Virus record (IMG/VR): IMGVR_UViG_3300027908_000029
Span: 1 to 59,091 of that record
DNA from: a virus
Taxonomy: Duplodnaviria; Caudoviricetes
Reading direction: 5' to 3' (one strand)
Length of the DNA stretch: 59,091 bases
The notes under the pieces are model-generated. The model saw only the letters and a list, made by a program, of their open reading frames with translations. It was not told the origin of the DNA and made no database searches. Within the stretch, counting starts at the first letter, position 1. The number at the start of each line of letters is the position of its first letter. The position numbers and the translations under genes are program-made. This document shows, in pieces, positions 9,335 to 19,549 of the stretch.

Positions 9335-9580
9335 ATGAAAAGGAAAAAGTTATCTGAACAAACGCGCATGCTTGCCGAGGAGCATTCATGTAAAGAGCAG
9401 CAACGCATCGAATATCAGTTTAGGCAACAGGCGATTGCGTTGGCAAAAGAAAGATTACTGCGTGCGGTCAGGTGGATTGAAAGGGATTACATAACGTGGG
9501 GACTGGTAGACGCGCGACACGCAGTTGCCATGCTGGATGTAGCGCTCACTACGAGTGTGAGTTTTGGGAAACGTAAATGA
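9335..9580 (+). CDS. Hypothetical protein
   Basis: GAGG RBS; ATGA overlap with the next gene. Confidence 0.55.
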   Translation: MKRKKLSEQTRMLAEEHSCKEQQRIEYQFRQQAIALAKERLLRAVRWIERDYITWGLVDARHAVAMLDVALTTSVSFGKRK

Positions 9581-10005
9581 AATTGAACCTGCGCTACCTG
9601 GACATCGAGACGCTCCCGCAGATAGGGATGATCGACGTGCGGATTGGATGGGCGAGCGGTCGGCGATGGTGGTGGGTGGTGAGTATGCGGGTGAAACGCA
9701 GAGTACCAGTGAATCATGTGGGTTTGAACGTGACGGATGTGACACACGAAGGCGCGATCGTTGGCATATCGGCTACGGGCGCGCCTATCGAGTTCGTCCG
9801 CAAGTCCACGTACTCGATCAGGTTGATCATCCATCCGAACGGCGGCAATGCAATGCAGATGGTATGCGATAGTTGCGGGGCGAGCTATCCATTCAACTGG
9901 TCGATGATGAAGTTCACGCCATGCGCGTTCTGTGCGGTGCGCAGACAGAGTGGCGTGCAGGTGTCACTGGGCAAGTGGTCGTGGGAGAGACTAGCGGAAG
10001 TGTAG
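9577..10005 (+). CDS. Hypothetical Zn-ribbon protein
   Basis: CDSC...CAFC; ATGA overlap. Confidence 0.55.
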   Translation: MKLNLRYLDIETLPQIGMIDVRIGWASGRRWWWVVSMRVKRRVPVNHVGLNVTDVTHEGAIVGISATGAPIEFVRKSTYSIRLIIHPNGGNAMQMVCDSCGASYPFNWSMMKFTPCAFCAVRRQSGVQVSLGKWSWERLAEV

Positions 10006-10011
10006 GAGTCA

Positions 10012-10290
10012 ATGATGCTGAGAGTAATGCAAATCACCGAAGACGAGTGGTCGTTTATCTGGGCCAAGATCGCGCCGATGAGTCGTCGATCCGCTGAATG
10101 GATTGGTACTGACAATGTCATCCTTAACGACGAAGAGGGTCCGATCCTATTGACGATTGGCCGAGTGGAGGTAATCCGGGATATCGCGTCCGCTCCGGTC
10201 AAGGTCAAGAGGTGGCTCGACAAGTTTAAGCAGTCGTCTGTGCAGTATGACGGAGCTGGGAACTTTGTTCCGAAAGAACGTGCACAGTGA
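10012..10290 (+). CDS. Hypothetical protein
   Basis: TAGGAG RBS. Confidence 0.6.
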   Translation: MMLRVMQITEDEWSFIWAKIAPMSRRSAEWIGTDNVILNDEEGPILLTIGRVEVIRDIASAPVKVKRWLDKFKQSSVQYDGAGNFVPKERAQ

Positions 10291-10529
10291 AATTGATCGA
10301 GTTGCGCGTATTCAATTCCGGATCACCAGTGTTAGTCATAGCCGACGCCATCGCAATGGTAGGCTCCATGCCGGATCGCGGCGAGAACGGTATGCGCGTA
10401 GGCACCGGTGTGCATGGATTCGTGCAACTGGTCAGCGGAAACAGTGTCGAGGTCCGGGAGTCCTACGAGAAGATCATGGAGATGATCATGTGCGATGAGA
10501 AGGTGTGTACGGACAGGCATAGCAAGTGA
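10287..10529 (+). CDS. Small beta-rich protein (FlbD-like pattern)
   Basis: MKLIEL...VLVIADAI...VEVRESYEKI pattern; GTGA overlap. Confidence 0.55.
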   Translation: MKLIELRVFNSGSPVLVIADAIAMVGSMPDRGENGMRVGTGVHGFVQLVSGNSVEVRESYEKIMEMIMCDEKVCTDRHSK

Positions 10530-10747
10530 CTACTCTCGCCAATCGGAACTGTATACTGTGCGGTACTCCGATGATCGTGGGTACGTGGCTTATGTATGGC
10601 TGGCTGACCAGTGAAGTAATCGGGATCACCTGCCCGCGCAAGTACTGTGGCCAGAATATGATCGAGCGGCAAATCTACGACCGTCGGCGTAACGATCCAT
10701 TCTGTTCGTCAGAGATCACGGTCTATAGGAGATTCTGCGGACTGTGA
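10526..10747 (+). CDS. Hypothetical Cys-rich protein
   Basis: GTGA overlaps; CILC...CPRKYC. Confidence 0.45.
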   Translation: MTTLANRNCILCGTPMIVGTWLMYGWLTSEVIGITCPRKYCGQNMIERQIYDRRRNDPFCSSEITVYRRFCGL

Positions 10748-10971
10748 AGGCCAAAGTTAAATCCCGATTGCTCTACGGTCGGCATCACGTCATGGCGATG
10801 ACAGGTGAGATATGCGTGGACTGCGGCAGACCAAGGCAAGCGGTGATGCACATCGGCAGGAATCGTCGGATTGTGCCAGCAGCACCAGTGACTACTGAGT
10901 CTTTCGACTGGTGGTATCGGAGCATGCGGCGGTCGGTGATGGGAATGGCGGCACAATCACAATCACAATGA
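10744..10971 (+). CDS. Hypothetical protein
   Basis: GTGA and ATGA overlaps with neighbours. Confidence 0.5.
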   Translation: MKAKVKSRLLYGRHHVMAMTGEICVDCGRPRQAVMHIGRNRRIVPAAPVTTESFDWWYRSMRRSVMGMAAQSQSQ

Positions 10972-12701
10972 GCACTGGACTCCATATCGCGGACAACCTG
11001 ACGCTGCCACTCGACGCGGTGACTCAGACCTTTGCCATTCTCGGTATTCGCGGTTCCGGCAAGACCAACACCGCCGTGGTGATGATGGAGGAAATGCTCA
11101 AGCAGTCCCAGCAGTGCGTGGCACTGGACCCGACTAACGCCTGGTACGGGATCAGGTCGTCGCGTGATGGCAAGTCCGATGGATTCAAGGTCTACGTGTT
11201 TGGCGGACCCAATGGGGACTTGCCGCTCGAAGGCACGCACGGCGCGATCATGGCGGACTTCGTGGTCGAAACAGGCGCGAGTGTGGTATTCAGCCTCCGC
11301 CACCTGTCGATGAATGATCAACGCCGATTCGCTATGGAGTTTGGAGAGCGCCTGCACTTTCTCAAGGGCAAGCCGGAGAACAGGACGCCTCTCTGTCTGT
11401 TTCTCGATGAAGCCGACGAGTGGGTGCCGCAGCGCATACCGAAAGGCTATGAGCGGATGTTCGGGGCGTATGACAGGTTGGTACGCCGTGATCGCAACTG
11501 TGGCCTAGGCGTGGTGCTCATCTCGCAACGTCCGCAAGTCGTCAACAAGGACACGCTCAGCCAGATTGAAACTCTCATCTGTCATCGACTCCTGCATAAA
11601 CTGGATCGCAAATCCGTCAAAGAAGCGTGGGTGGAAGGTCACGACATCAAGGGGAAGTCCGAGGAGTTCTTCGGGGCACTGGCGAGCTTAGGAAAAGGCG
11701 ACACATGGGTGTGGTCGCCCGAGTGGTTGGATATTTTCAAGAAGGTCCATGTGCGCCAGCGGGAGACGTTTGACAGCAGCGCTACACCGAAGGCCGGCGA
11801 GAAACCGAAGGTAGCGCATCGCTTGGCCGAGGTGGATCTGGGCAAGTTGAAGGAGCGGCTGTCGGAGACAATCGAGAAAGCCAAAGCCGATGACCCGAAA
11901 GCGCTGCGGCAGGAGATTGCGCGGCTGCAAAAGGAATTGAAGCAGAAGCCGGATGCGCAACACACTGTTGAGAAAGTCGTCAAGGTGCCCGATCTGGATG
12001 CGATCCGCGCCGCGATTGCCTCCCGCGATGAGGAATGGCTGATGTCGGTGATGACATTTCGGAAGAAGATCGGCGAGACTCTGGACAAATTGGTGTTCAA
12101 CGCACCGGGCAAGGCGAGACTGAATCCGAAGTCGTCTGTAGATGAGAAGTTCAACCGTCCTATCGCCATGGATCGCCTGATGGCGCCGTCGTCAATTGCT
12201 AAGGCAGTCAAGGCGATTAGTGAGCCGTTGTCGTCGAATGGCCACGGCAAACTCCCTGTTGGCGAACGCGCCGTGCTCATTGCTGCCGCTCAGTTCAACG
12301 GCGTAGAAAAGCAACAGTTGATCACGTTGACTGGGTACGCTCGTCGCAGCCGGGACGCATACGTGTATCGTCTAGCAGAACGCGGGTATGTGAGTGTCAG
12401 TGGTAATGTCGTGTCCCCCACGGAATCCGGTATCGCCGCGCTTGGCCACGACTATGAGCCCTTGCCGACCGGAGACGACCTGTGGAAGCACTGGCAGAGC
12501 AGGCTACCCGAGGGTGAACTGCGGATTCTGAGTGTGCTCATGGATGCGGGTCGAAGCGAACCGATCAGCAAAGACGCGCTGATGACAAACACCCAGTACG
12601 CTCGGCGATCCGTGGATGCGTATTTGTATCGTCTGTCGGCCAAGCGACTGGTAGAAGTGGATCGAGGGCAGGTGAGAGCCAGCGAGGAGTTATTCGGATG
12701 A
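10968..12701 (+). CDS. HerA/FtsK-superfamily ATPase (DUF87-like) with two C-terminal winged-helix repeats
   Basis: Walker A GIRGSGKT, Walker B LFLDEADE, LISQRP motif, coiled coil, duplicated YARRS.DAY.YRL unit. Confidence 0.85.
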   Translation: MSTGLHIADNLTLPLDAVTQTFAILGIRGSGKTNTAVVMMEEMLKQSQQCVALDPTNAWYGIRSSRDGKSDGFKVYVFGGPNGDLPLEGTHGAIMADFVVETGASVVFSLRHLSMNDQRRFAMEFGERLHFLKGKPENRTPLCLFLDEADEWVPQRIPKGYERMFGAYDRLVRRDRNCGLGVVLISQRPQVVNKDTLSQIETLICHRLLHKLDRKSVKEAWVEGHDIKGKSEEFFGALASLGKGDTWVWSPEWLDIFKKVHVRQRETFDSSATPKAGEKPKVAHRLAEVDLGKLKERLSETIEKAKADDPKALRQEIARLQKELKQKPDAQHTVEKVVKVPDLDAIRAAIASRDEEWLMSVMTFRKKIGETLDKLVFNAPGKARLNPKSSVDEKFNRPIAMDRLMAPSSIAKAVKAISEPLSSNGHGKLPVGERAVLIAAAQFNGVEKQQLITLTGYARRSRDAYVYRLAERGYVSVSGNVVSPTESGIAALGHDYEPLPTGDDLWKHWQSRLPEGELRILSVLMDAGRSEPISKDALMTNTQYARRSVDAYLYRLSAKRLVEVDRGQVRASEELFG

Positions 12702-12913
12702 GTGTTGATGATCCTAAGAGGCTAATTTGCGGCTCCGTGACCGACGCGCTTTTGAGGGCCGTTGAAAATGCGGATTCCATGAAAAACGTCCTCATCCTGT
12801 CATGGCAAAAGACCAAAGGCTGCAAGATGTTCTCGGACGCCGCGATCACAGTCTCTGAGGCCAACATGCTGCTCGATGTGTTCAAACATCATCTGGTTTC
12901 CGGTGATGAGTAA
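12698..12913 (+). CDS. Hypothetical protein
   Basis: ATGA overlap, GAGGAG RBS. Confidence 0.6.
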   Translation: MSVDDPKRLICGSVTDALLRAVENADSMKNVLILSWQKTKGCKMFSDAAITVSEANMLLDVFKHHLVSGDE

Positions 12914-12976
12914 ATTTTCTCTCTGCGTTTACGATTTTATTCACGTCCACAACCGATAATCTGCTAAAAGGAAAGT

Positions 12977-14299
12977 ATGTCCGCCAGTGCGCCTGTCATC
13001 GCGTTCACGACCACCTGCAAGAATCGACTCTCTCATCTGTACAAGACCCTCCCTCAGAACATCGCTGACAACGCGGACTACCCAAATGCTAGATTCATCG
13101 TGCTCGATTACGGGTCTGACGACGAACTCTCGTACTCCTGTCCATGCGCTGGCGATCCCAAACTGAGCGTGTACAGTTATCGGAGCAGTGATCAATTTCG
13201 CATGAGTTTTGCTAAGAACATGGCCCATCGCTGTGGCATCCTCGAAGGCGCTGACATCCTCGTCAACGTGGACGCCGACAACTTTACTGGGCTGGGATTT
13301 GCATCGTACATCGCCAGACAATTCGCCGAGCAGCCACACTCGTTCCTTTGGGCCGGGATACTCAAAGGACTCGGTAAGCGATACAGAGGTTGCGGCGGTC
13401 GAATCGCACTCGATGTCAACGCGTTTCTGAAATCCGGCGGCTACGACGAACGCTACGACACCTGGGGACCGGATGACAAGAATCTCACCGCGAGACTAGT
13501 CCGTATGGGCTACGACCCAGTGCAGATCGACAGACAATATCTCCAGTCCATCCCACACTCAGATGGTGTGCGCTTCCGCGAGTATCCGCATGTCATGGTC
13601 AGCGGTGGCGAGGACGAGATCGAAGCGCAGTCAGTCGAGTCGTCGATTGCCAACTATGGTCGAGTGGGCTGCGGTACGGTATACCGTAATTTCTCCTCCA
13701 CCCCGATCGAACTAGGCCCAGTGCCTACCAGAATATTCGGTATCGGATTGCACAAGACCGCGACGAATTCTCTGTGCAAAGCTCTGACCGTGCTCGGCCT
13801 CGACTGCATCCACTGGCGGTCAGCGAAAAAGGCCAGACAAATCTGGCGCAATCCGGGAGTGCTAGACCAGCACTACGCGGCAGTCGATCTGCCAATCCCA
13901 CTCATGTACAAGGATCTGGACCGGCGCTACCCCGGTAGCAAATTCATCCTCACCATGCGCGAAGAAGGCAAGTGGCTTGAGTCCGTGATGAATCACTGGA
14001 GCTACGACCGCAACCCGTATCGCGCGTCGTGGGATACGGACTGTTTCACGCATCACATTCACACAAAACTATACGGTCGGCATGACGCGGATTTCGACGC
14101 GATTGCGATGCTCAACCGCTACCGGCAGCACAACGCAGAAGTCAAAGAGCACTTCGCTGACCGCCCGAACGATCTCTGTGTTATGTACATGGATGGAGAG
14201 TACGGTGATGGTTGGCGGAAGCTCTGTGGTTTTTTAGGAGTGCGCGTCCCGAGATCACCGTACCCGTTTGAATTTCAGACTTCCAAGGAGACAACGTAA
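12977..14299 (+). CDS. GT-A glycosyltransferase (GT2/GT7-like) fused to a sulfotransferase domain
   Basis: IVLDYGS, NVDADN (DxD), GGYDERYDTWGPDD; then IFGIGLHKTATNSL (PAPS-binding loop), YPGSKFILTMR, GWRKLCGFLG. Confidence 0.85.
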   Translation: MSASAPVIAFTTTCKNRLSHLYKTLPQNIADNADYPNARFIVLDYGSDDELSYSCPCAGDPKLSVYSYRSSDQFRMSFAKNMAHRCGILEGADILVNVDADNFTGLGFASYIARQFAEQPHSFLWAGILKGLGKRYRGCGGRIALDVNAFLKSGGYDERYDTWGPDDKNLTARLVRMGYDPVQIDRQYLQSIPHSDGVRFREYPHVMVSGGEDEIEAQSVESSIANYGRVGCGTVYRNFSSTPIELGPVPTRIFGIGLHKTATNSLCKALTVLGLDCIHWRSAKKARQIWRNPGVLDQHYAAVDLPIPLMYKDLDRRYPGSKFILTMREEGKWLESVMNHWSYDRNPYRASWDTDCFTHHIHTKLYGRHDADFDAIAMLNRYRQHNAEVKEHFADRPNDLCVMYMDGEYGDGWRKLCGFLGVRVPRSPYPFEFQTSKETT

Positions 14300-15108
14300 T
14301 GTCACTACCCGCACCATACCGTCACACCGATGGACGCACACTGCATCTGGGACTGCAACCAAGCACGCCCGATCCACGCGATCTCAAGTTGTCTAAGTAC
14401 ACAGCGGCACTGCCTCCACCGCCAGCGGAAGTCGACTGGTATGGCGATGTGACCGACTTCGGGCAAATGTACAACGATACTCTGGGCGACTGCACAATCG
14501 CGGCATACGGGCACGGTGCGCAGATCGCCACACTCAACACTCCGACTGGCATGCAGACTCCTCCCGATGACCTGATTCTCAATCTCTACGAAAAGTCCTG
14601 CGGGTACATCCCCGGTGACCCCGCTACCGACAATGGCGGCATCATCAACCACGTGCTCAACTATGCCCGCAAGCACGCGATGGGACATAAGCACACGCCG
14701 GACTTTCATCGCAAGTTTCCACTACTCGCGTATGCCGCGATCAACCCGAGTGACACTACCACTGTCAAGCAGGCGATTGCTTTGCTGGCGACAGTGGACA
14801 TCGGACTCAACCTGCCGATCACATGCCAAGCGCAAATCGGCGGCGTCTGGGATGTAGTGGGCGATCCCCAGACTGACGCGGACTCGTTCCCGAATAGTTG
14901 GGGTGGGCACAGCGTAATCACCGGCGCGTACAACTCGACCGGGCCGATTGCCATAACGTGGGGTGCACAGCAGCAGATGACGTGGCGCTTCTGGTCGGCA
15001 TACTGCACCCAGAGTTTCGCGCTGCTGTACTCGGCATGGCTGGAACATTTCGCTTCCAGTCAACCGGGGATGCTGGCGGCACTACTGGCTGATCTGGCGG
15101 CGCTCTGA
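14299..15108 (+). CDS. Papain-like (C1-type) cysteine peptidase
   Basis: PDPRD pro-region, NDTLGDCTIA catalytic Cys, GGHSV His, ITWG; TAATG coupling to the GT gene. Confidence 0.75.
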   Translation: MSLPAPYRHTDGRTLHLGLQPSTPDPRDLKLSKYTAALPPPPAEVDWYGDVTDFGQMYNDTLGDCTIAAYGHGAQIATLNTPTGMQTPPDDLILNLYEKSCGYIPGDPATDNGGIINHVLNYARKHAMGHKHTPDFHRKFPLLAYAAINPSDTTTVKQAIALLATVDIGLNLPITCQAQIGGVWDVVGDPQTDADSFPNSWGGHSVITGAYNSTGPIAITWGAQQQMTWRFWSAYCTQSFALLYSAWLEHFASSQPGMLAALLADLAAL

Positions 15109-15262
15109 ATGTCCGTGTCTAGTATTCAGTATTCAGTGTGTCACTTTTAGCTCACACGCATCGCCGGGAGTATGCTAAATAGTTGATCGGAAGAATCCGA
15201 AGGAGTACCAATATGAGTAAGAACAAACATCGCAACTGGAACGAATCTAAGGAGAACACAAC

Positions 15263-15785
15263 CATGAGCACAGAGCCAGTGACACCTACGCCGCCCACAC
15301 CTCCGACAGCCTCCATCTCGGCCTCTCCCAACCCGTCGCCAACTCCCGGCGGCACTGTCATCCTCACTTGGTCCACGACCAATGCTGTCTCCGCTGACCT
15401 CAGCAATGTTGGCCCGGTGGCGATCGAAGGCACACAGTCAGTGTCACCGACAACCTCGACTAACTACACTCTGAAAGCCATTGCCGCAGACGGTAGCTCT
15501 CAGACTGCCACAGCCACAGTAGTGGTCACTGGCACCCCCGTGCCTCCCGCACCCGAGCCGATCACGACTCCAGCCGGGGCGGTTGCTCAACTCCAAATCG
15601 ACATCATGGATGACGTAGTGGCGACCAAGGGTGCACTGAGCAGTGTCGCGGCGCAAGCACGCACCGAGTACGAAACTCTGAGCGAACCAGCTCGTGGCCG
15701 TCTGCATCAGGCTCTGAACGACATCGAGACGGCATTCAACGTATCACTCGGTGGAATCCACACTTTGTTCGGCGTGAAGAAGTAA
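15263..15785 (+). CDS. Ig-like domain protein with helical C-terminus
   Basis: AAGGAG RBS before ATG 15263; PTASISASP...LTWSTTNA...SVSPTTSTNYTLKA beta-sandwich pattern. Confidence 0.7.
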
Positions 15786-15909
15786 CACTCAGTCAACGCG
15801 CGACCGGGGCTGCGCATCGGCAGAACGCAGACACTTTGATGTTGGAAAAGTTAAAGACGTTCATCAGCATAGTGGGACCGCCGCCGTACTCAATGAAGCG
15901 GGTGCAACT

Positions 15910-16197
15910 GTGACTGTTACCTATGATGACATCTCGCGTATCACTGCGGACTATATGTTTAGCGACAGGGACCGCGTCATCGACATGCTGCGCTGCATTC
16001 TATGGTCCGGGGACGAAGACACATTCAAGTATTTTGTGACTCAATGTGAGTCCCGCGATATTGACTTGGGTGAACTGTTTATCGAAGCTGAAAAGAAACG
16101 TAGCGATATATTGAATGCTGTGCGCAGCGGTGTGTCGATATCCGGAGGCAATAAGATTCAGGTGCCGTTCAGTTACGCGGTCAAGGACAAATCGTGA
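15910..16197 (+). CDS. Hypothetical protein
   Basis: GTG start, GTGA overlap with the next gene. Confidence 0.5.
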   Translation: MTVTYDDISRITADYMFSDRDRVIDMLRCILWSGDEDTFKYFVTQCESRDIDLGELFIEAEKKRSDILNAVRSGVSISGGNKIQVPFSYAVKDKS

Positions 16198-16715
16198 GCA
16201 CTATTGGTGTGGTCGCGCTTTCGCTTCTCGCTGGCCTATTCATGGCTCTGCTCATAGGAGTCAGTGGCTGGCTGGTGTTCGTTGGTATGTCTTTTCGCAA
16301 GACCGTCGCCGCGATCTCTGCCACTCTTGCCCAATCCCAGTCCGAATGGACTACCTCTCTGAAGGAACTCAGGAATATACTCTCAGAACACAGGTCTCTG
16401 ACCGATGCCAGTATCAAAAACATCAACGGTGAAAAACTCTCCGTCTCCGTCGAAAAGCTCGAAGCCACCACGAAATACCTCACCCAAGTCGCGCGCCGCA
16501 ACGAAAACGCCGCGATTGCAATCGGACGGTTCGTCCAGCACATCATCAACATGCCCGACGCCGATTCAGTCACCGAAGGAGTCGATGAGCAAGGGTTCGC
16601 CACCGCCGAGCCCGGCGAGCGAAGTTGGACTAGCCGTAGTCGAGTCGCCATTGAAGATGCAGCCTCTCTTGCAGAAGAATCAGCGGAAGTTACCAGCTCC
16701 GACCAACAGGGATAG
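16194..16715 (+). CDS. Membrane-anchored coiled-coil protein
   Basis: Long N-terminal hydrophobic segment followed by helical region. Confidence 0.65.
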   Translation: MSTIGVVALSLLAGLFMALLIGVSGWLVFVGMSFRKTVAAISATLAQSQSEWTTSLKELRNILSEHRSLTDASIKNINGEKLSVSVEKLEATTKYLTQVARRNENAAIAIGRFVQHIINMPDADSVTEGVDEQGFATAEPGERSWTSRSRVAIEDAASLAEESAEVTSSDQQG

Positions 16716-17298
16716 GATCGTCTGGACCCTGCACAAGTCTGGCATCGGCGACGACGAAGTATGCCAGCGATTACGCATGTCCGCCGATGAACTCGCACTC
16801 TCCAAGCTGCGGATGCTGTCGTATACCCAATCCATCAACAACGATGTGCTGGCACTAGCGAATAATGAAGCACTGCTATCGGTATCTCGCAGTGGTCACG
16901 TCGAAGGCGCTCTGAACGGCGCACTGCAAGCCGAGCGTATGCTAGTCACTAGTGGCGGCGTGGTAGTGGACCCGCTGACTCAGCAGCCTATCACTGAACC
17001 TGACCATTCCACGCGACTCGAAGCAGTACGCACGTTCAGCCGTCTCGTCAAAGACAACCGTCCCTCCGGTCCAATGGTAGCGATCAACACGGCGATCAAT
17101 AATTCTAATACTCAGAATAATTTGATTGCAGGTGGACGGAGTTTTGAAGCGAGACGGAGAGCGGCGGCTGAGAGACGGGGAGCGGTGACGGGGACAGCAG
17201 TAGCGGAATCCGAAGCCGAGGACGATGAAGTGATCGACGCGGAATTCGATGACCCGGATTTTGCAGAGGACAGCCCGAACGAGGACGACGGAGAGTAG
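16657..17298 (+). CDS. Putative terminase small subunit
   Basis: Directly upstream of TerL; N-terminal HTH-like segment, acidic tail; start uncertain (ORF open from 16405). Confidence 0.55.
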   Translation: MQPLLQKNQRKLPAPTNRDRIVWTLHKSGIGDDEVCQRLRMSADELALSKLRMLSYTQSINNDVLALANNEALLSVSRSGHVEGALNGALQAERMLVTSGGVVVDPLTQQPITEPDHSTRLEAVRTFSRLVKDNRPSGPMVAINTAINNSNTQNNLIAGGRSFEARRRAAAERRGAVTGTAVAESEAEDDEVIDAEFDDPDFAEDSPNEDDGE

Positions 17299-17300
17299 AC

Positions 17301-19544
17301 ATGTACGTCCCTCGAAAAGACAACACGCTGAACGATGCGATAGAAGCCATCGACGAGTTGTTCGTCAGTGACGCCGGATCGGACTTTGATCGTGCTTGGG
17401 AGCTGGTCGCAGATCACAAAGACTATTCGGATTTCATCGACCAAGAGATCGAGAAGTGCACATTTGATCGCCGCTACTACCTTGAAAACTATCACGTCAT
17501 CAAAGACGAGCAGGGAAACGCGCAGACACTGCATCCACTTCTCGACCAACAATTTATTATCCTCGAAGCTGTTGAGCACGACTGGGCCACCAAGGGTGCT
17601 TATCGTCGCATCATTCTCAAGCCTCGTCAATGCGGCGGCACGATCATATCCGGCGGACTGATATTCCAAGAAACTATTTTCAATGAGCGCATGTTCACTC
17701 TGATGATGGCGCAGAATCGTGAAACCACATCCGAGCTGGCCCGCCGCATCAAAGACGCTTTTTATAATTTGCCGTGGTTCATGCGGCCTCGTCGTGAGTC
17801 TGAAGTGCAAGACACTCACTATGTTTTCCAAAACCCAGACGAAAAGAAACGTCTCACTGATCCAGGTCTAGGCTCTACTCTCATCATCTCCAACGCCCAG
17901 CGACAATCCGGAATCGCAATCGGCAAAACCATACGCTGTGCCCACTTTTCTGAGTGCTCACGCTATCCGGAAGACGATTCCTGGACGGCTGATATCGAGC
18001 CGTCAATGAACGCAAAAGATACACGCGCACTAATGGAGTCCACTGGCTACGGTCGTCGCGGAATCTTCTATGCAATGTGGGAAGAGGCTATGGAAGGCGG
18101 TGATACAGACTGGACGCCACTGTTCATACCCGTGTATCGCGTGCGGAAATACTTTTTGCCAGTACGCAAGAGCAGTGGATTTATTCTCACTAACGATGAG
18201 CGCGAATTCCGCGACCGCATCCGTGACACAGGCGACGGCATCGGAAAGTACTCGATCACCAACGGGTTCTTCGCGTGGCAGAGGCGGAAAATCAGTTCCT
18301 ATATCAAAAAAGAGAGATCGATTGAGGGTCTGTACAAATACCAAGAGAGCTACCCGAATACTCCGAATGAGGCGTTTATTTCGTCCGGGCTATGCGCATT
18401 TCCTCGCCGCTGTCTCGCGGAGCAGGAAAAAGTGAACTGCAAAGACCCTATCCAGATTGGTGAGATCAACTACATGGGACCGGAAGCTGTACCCGACCTG
18501 CATTTGCATCCGCCGTTACCGGAAGAACTCCTCAAGAAACCGGAGTTTGAGAACAGGCTTTGGATCTGGGAAATGCCGGATGATCTGGATGCGTCCACAG
18601 AGTATTACGTGGCAGCGGACGTAGCGTCTGGAACTGCAAAAGACTTTTCCAGTTGTGATGTGTTTCGACTCGGCTTTGGCAAGGAGTCTTGGGTACAAGT
18701 TGCCAACTGGCATGGAAAAATAAACCCATCGTACTTCGCAAAGATAGTCGCGGCGCTGGGCTACTGGTATCACACTGCTGAGGTAGCAGTTGAGTACAAC
18801 GGCCCCGGAATCACCACAGGGGACGAACTCAAAGGGCCGTTAGACTATAGCGCGTTATATCGTTGGAAAAGGAAGGATCGAATATCCGGTGAAGCTACCA
18901 TGTTCGTGCACTGGTTGACGAATCATAACACGCGCGAGGACATGGTAAACAGGATGTGCGAAGCACTGCTTGACGAAACAATCAAAATCAGAAATAAGCA
19001 TACAGTTGCGGAGATGAGAGACTTTGGCCGCTACGAGGGTGAAGGCAGAGCAGAGGGCATATCGAACAATGACGATATGGTTTGTTCGCTTATGATTGCG
19101 ATCGCGGCCTCCCATCAAGCCGGCAAAGGCGGCGCGAACTGGGCGGAGGAACACTTGGCAGCACGGGGGGATCGCGCTACTCTCATGCCGCAGACTCCGA
19201 CGGTGTGGGGGCTGTACGATGGACTGAGCAGATTGATTGAACAGCGCCCGACCAAGGAAGCGTGTGAGAAATTAATGGCTGAGCTGGAGGCCAAGCACAA
19301 GATCAAGTTGCCATGGACGGTACGCGGTATACCAGTCACTCGCGCCAATACCATCTGGTCACCGATATTCGATGCGGGCTCCGGTCCAGAGCGCGATCTC
19401 TACCATGAGCATGGTGTCGAACCCAAGAACATCAACCCCGATCTCGTGTACGCATACCAGGAAATGCATCGCAAGCGCAGTCAGACCGCCGAGCAGATTG
19501 GGGAATATGTTGGCGCTGGTAGCGATGACATGGGGGACGAATAA
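17301..19544 (+). CDS. terL: Terminase large subunit
   Basis: ILKPRQCGGT Walker A, AHFSEC Walker B, ESTG coupling motif, nuclease acidic motifs AADVASG, DFS, VEYN, NDDMV. Confidence 0.93.
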   Translation: MYVPRKDNTLNDAIEAIDELFVSDAGSDFDRAWELVADHKDYSDFIDQEIEKCTFDRRYYLENYHVIKDEQGNAQTLHPLLDQQFIILEAVEHDWATKGAYRRIILKPRQCGGTIISGGLIFQETIFNERMFTLMMAQNRETTSELARRIKDAFYNLPWFMRPRRESEVQDTHYVFQNPDEKKRLTDPGLGSTLIISNAQRQSGIAIGKTIRCAHFSECSRYPEDDSWTADIEPSMNAKDTRALMESTGYGRRGIFYAMWEEAMEGGDTDWTPLFIPVYRVRKYFLPVRKSSGFILTNDEREFRDRIRDTGDGIGKYSITNGFFAWQRRKISSYIKKERSIEGLYKYQESYPNTPNEAFISSGLCAFPRRCLAEQEKVNCKDPIQIGEINYMGPEAVPDLHLHPPLPEELLKKPEFENRLWIWEMPDDLDASTEYYVAADVASGTAKDFSSCDVFRLGFGKESWVQVANWHGKINPSYFAKIVAALGYWYHTAEVAVEYNGPGITTGDELKGPLDYSALYRWKRKDRISGEATMFVHWLTNHNTREDMVNRMCEALLDETIKIRNKHTVAEMRDFGRYEGEGRAEGISNNDDMVCSLMIAIAASHQAGKGGANWAEEHLAARGDRATLMPQTPTVWGLYDGLSRLIEQRPTKEACEKLMAELEAKHKIKLPWTVRGIPVTRANTIWSPIFDAGSGPERDLYHEHGVEPKNINPDLVYAYQEMHRKRSQTAEQIGEYVGAGSDDMGDE

Positions 19545-19549
19545 CAATC

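Noticed and set aside
15786-15909. Possible ncRNA or tRNA in the intergenic gap
   Set aside because: Only short stems; no cloverleaf or recognisable family
14299-16715. Peptidase plus membrane protein as a lysis cassette
   Set aside because: No recognisable endolysin, holin or spanin motifs; lysis genes may lie outside the window, so neither presence nor absence can be claimed
17301-19544. Intein in the long terminase
   Set aside because: No C/S...HN splice motifs or LAGLIDADG block seen; the extra length is C-terminal
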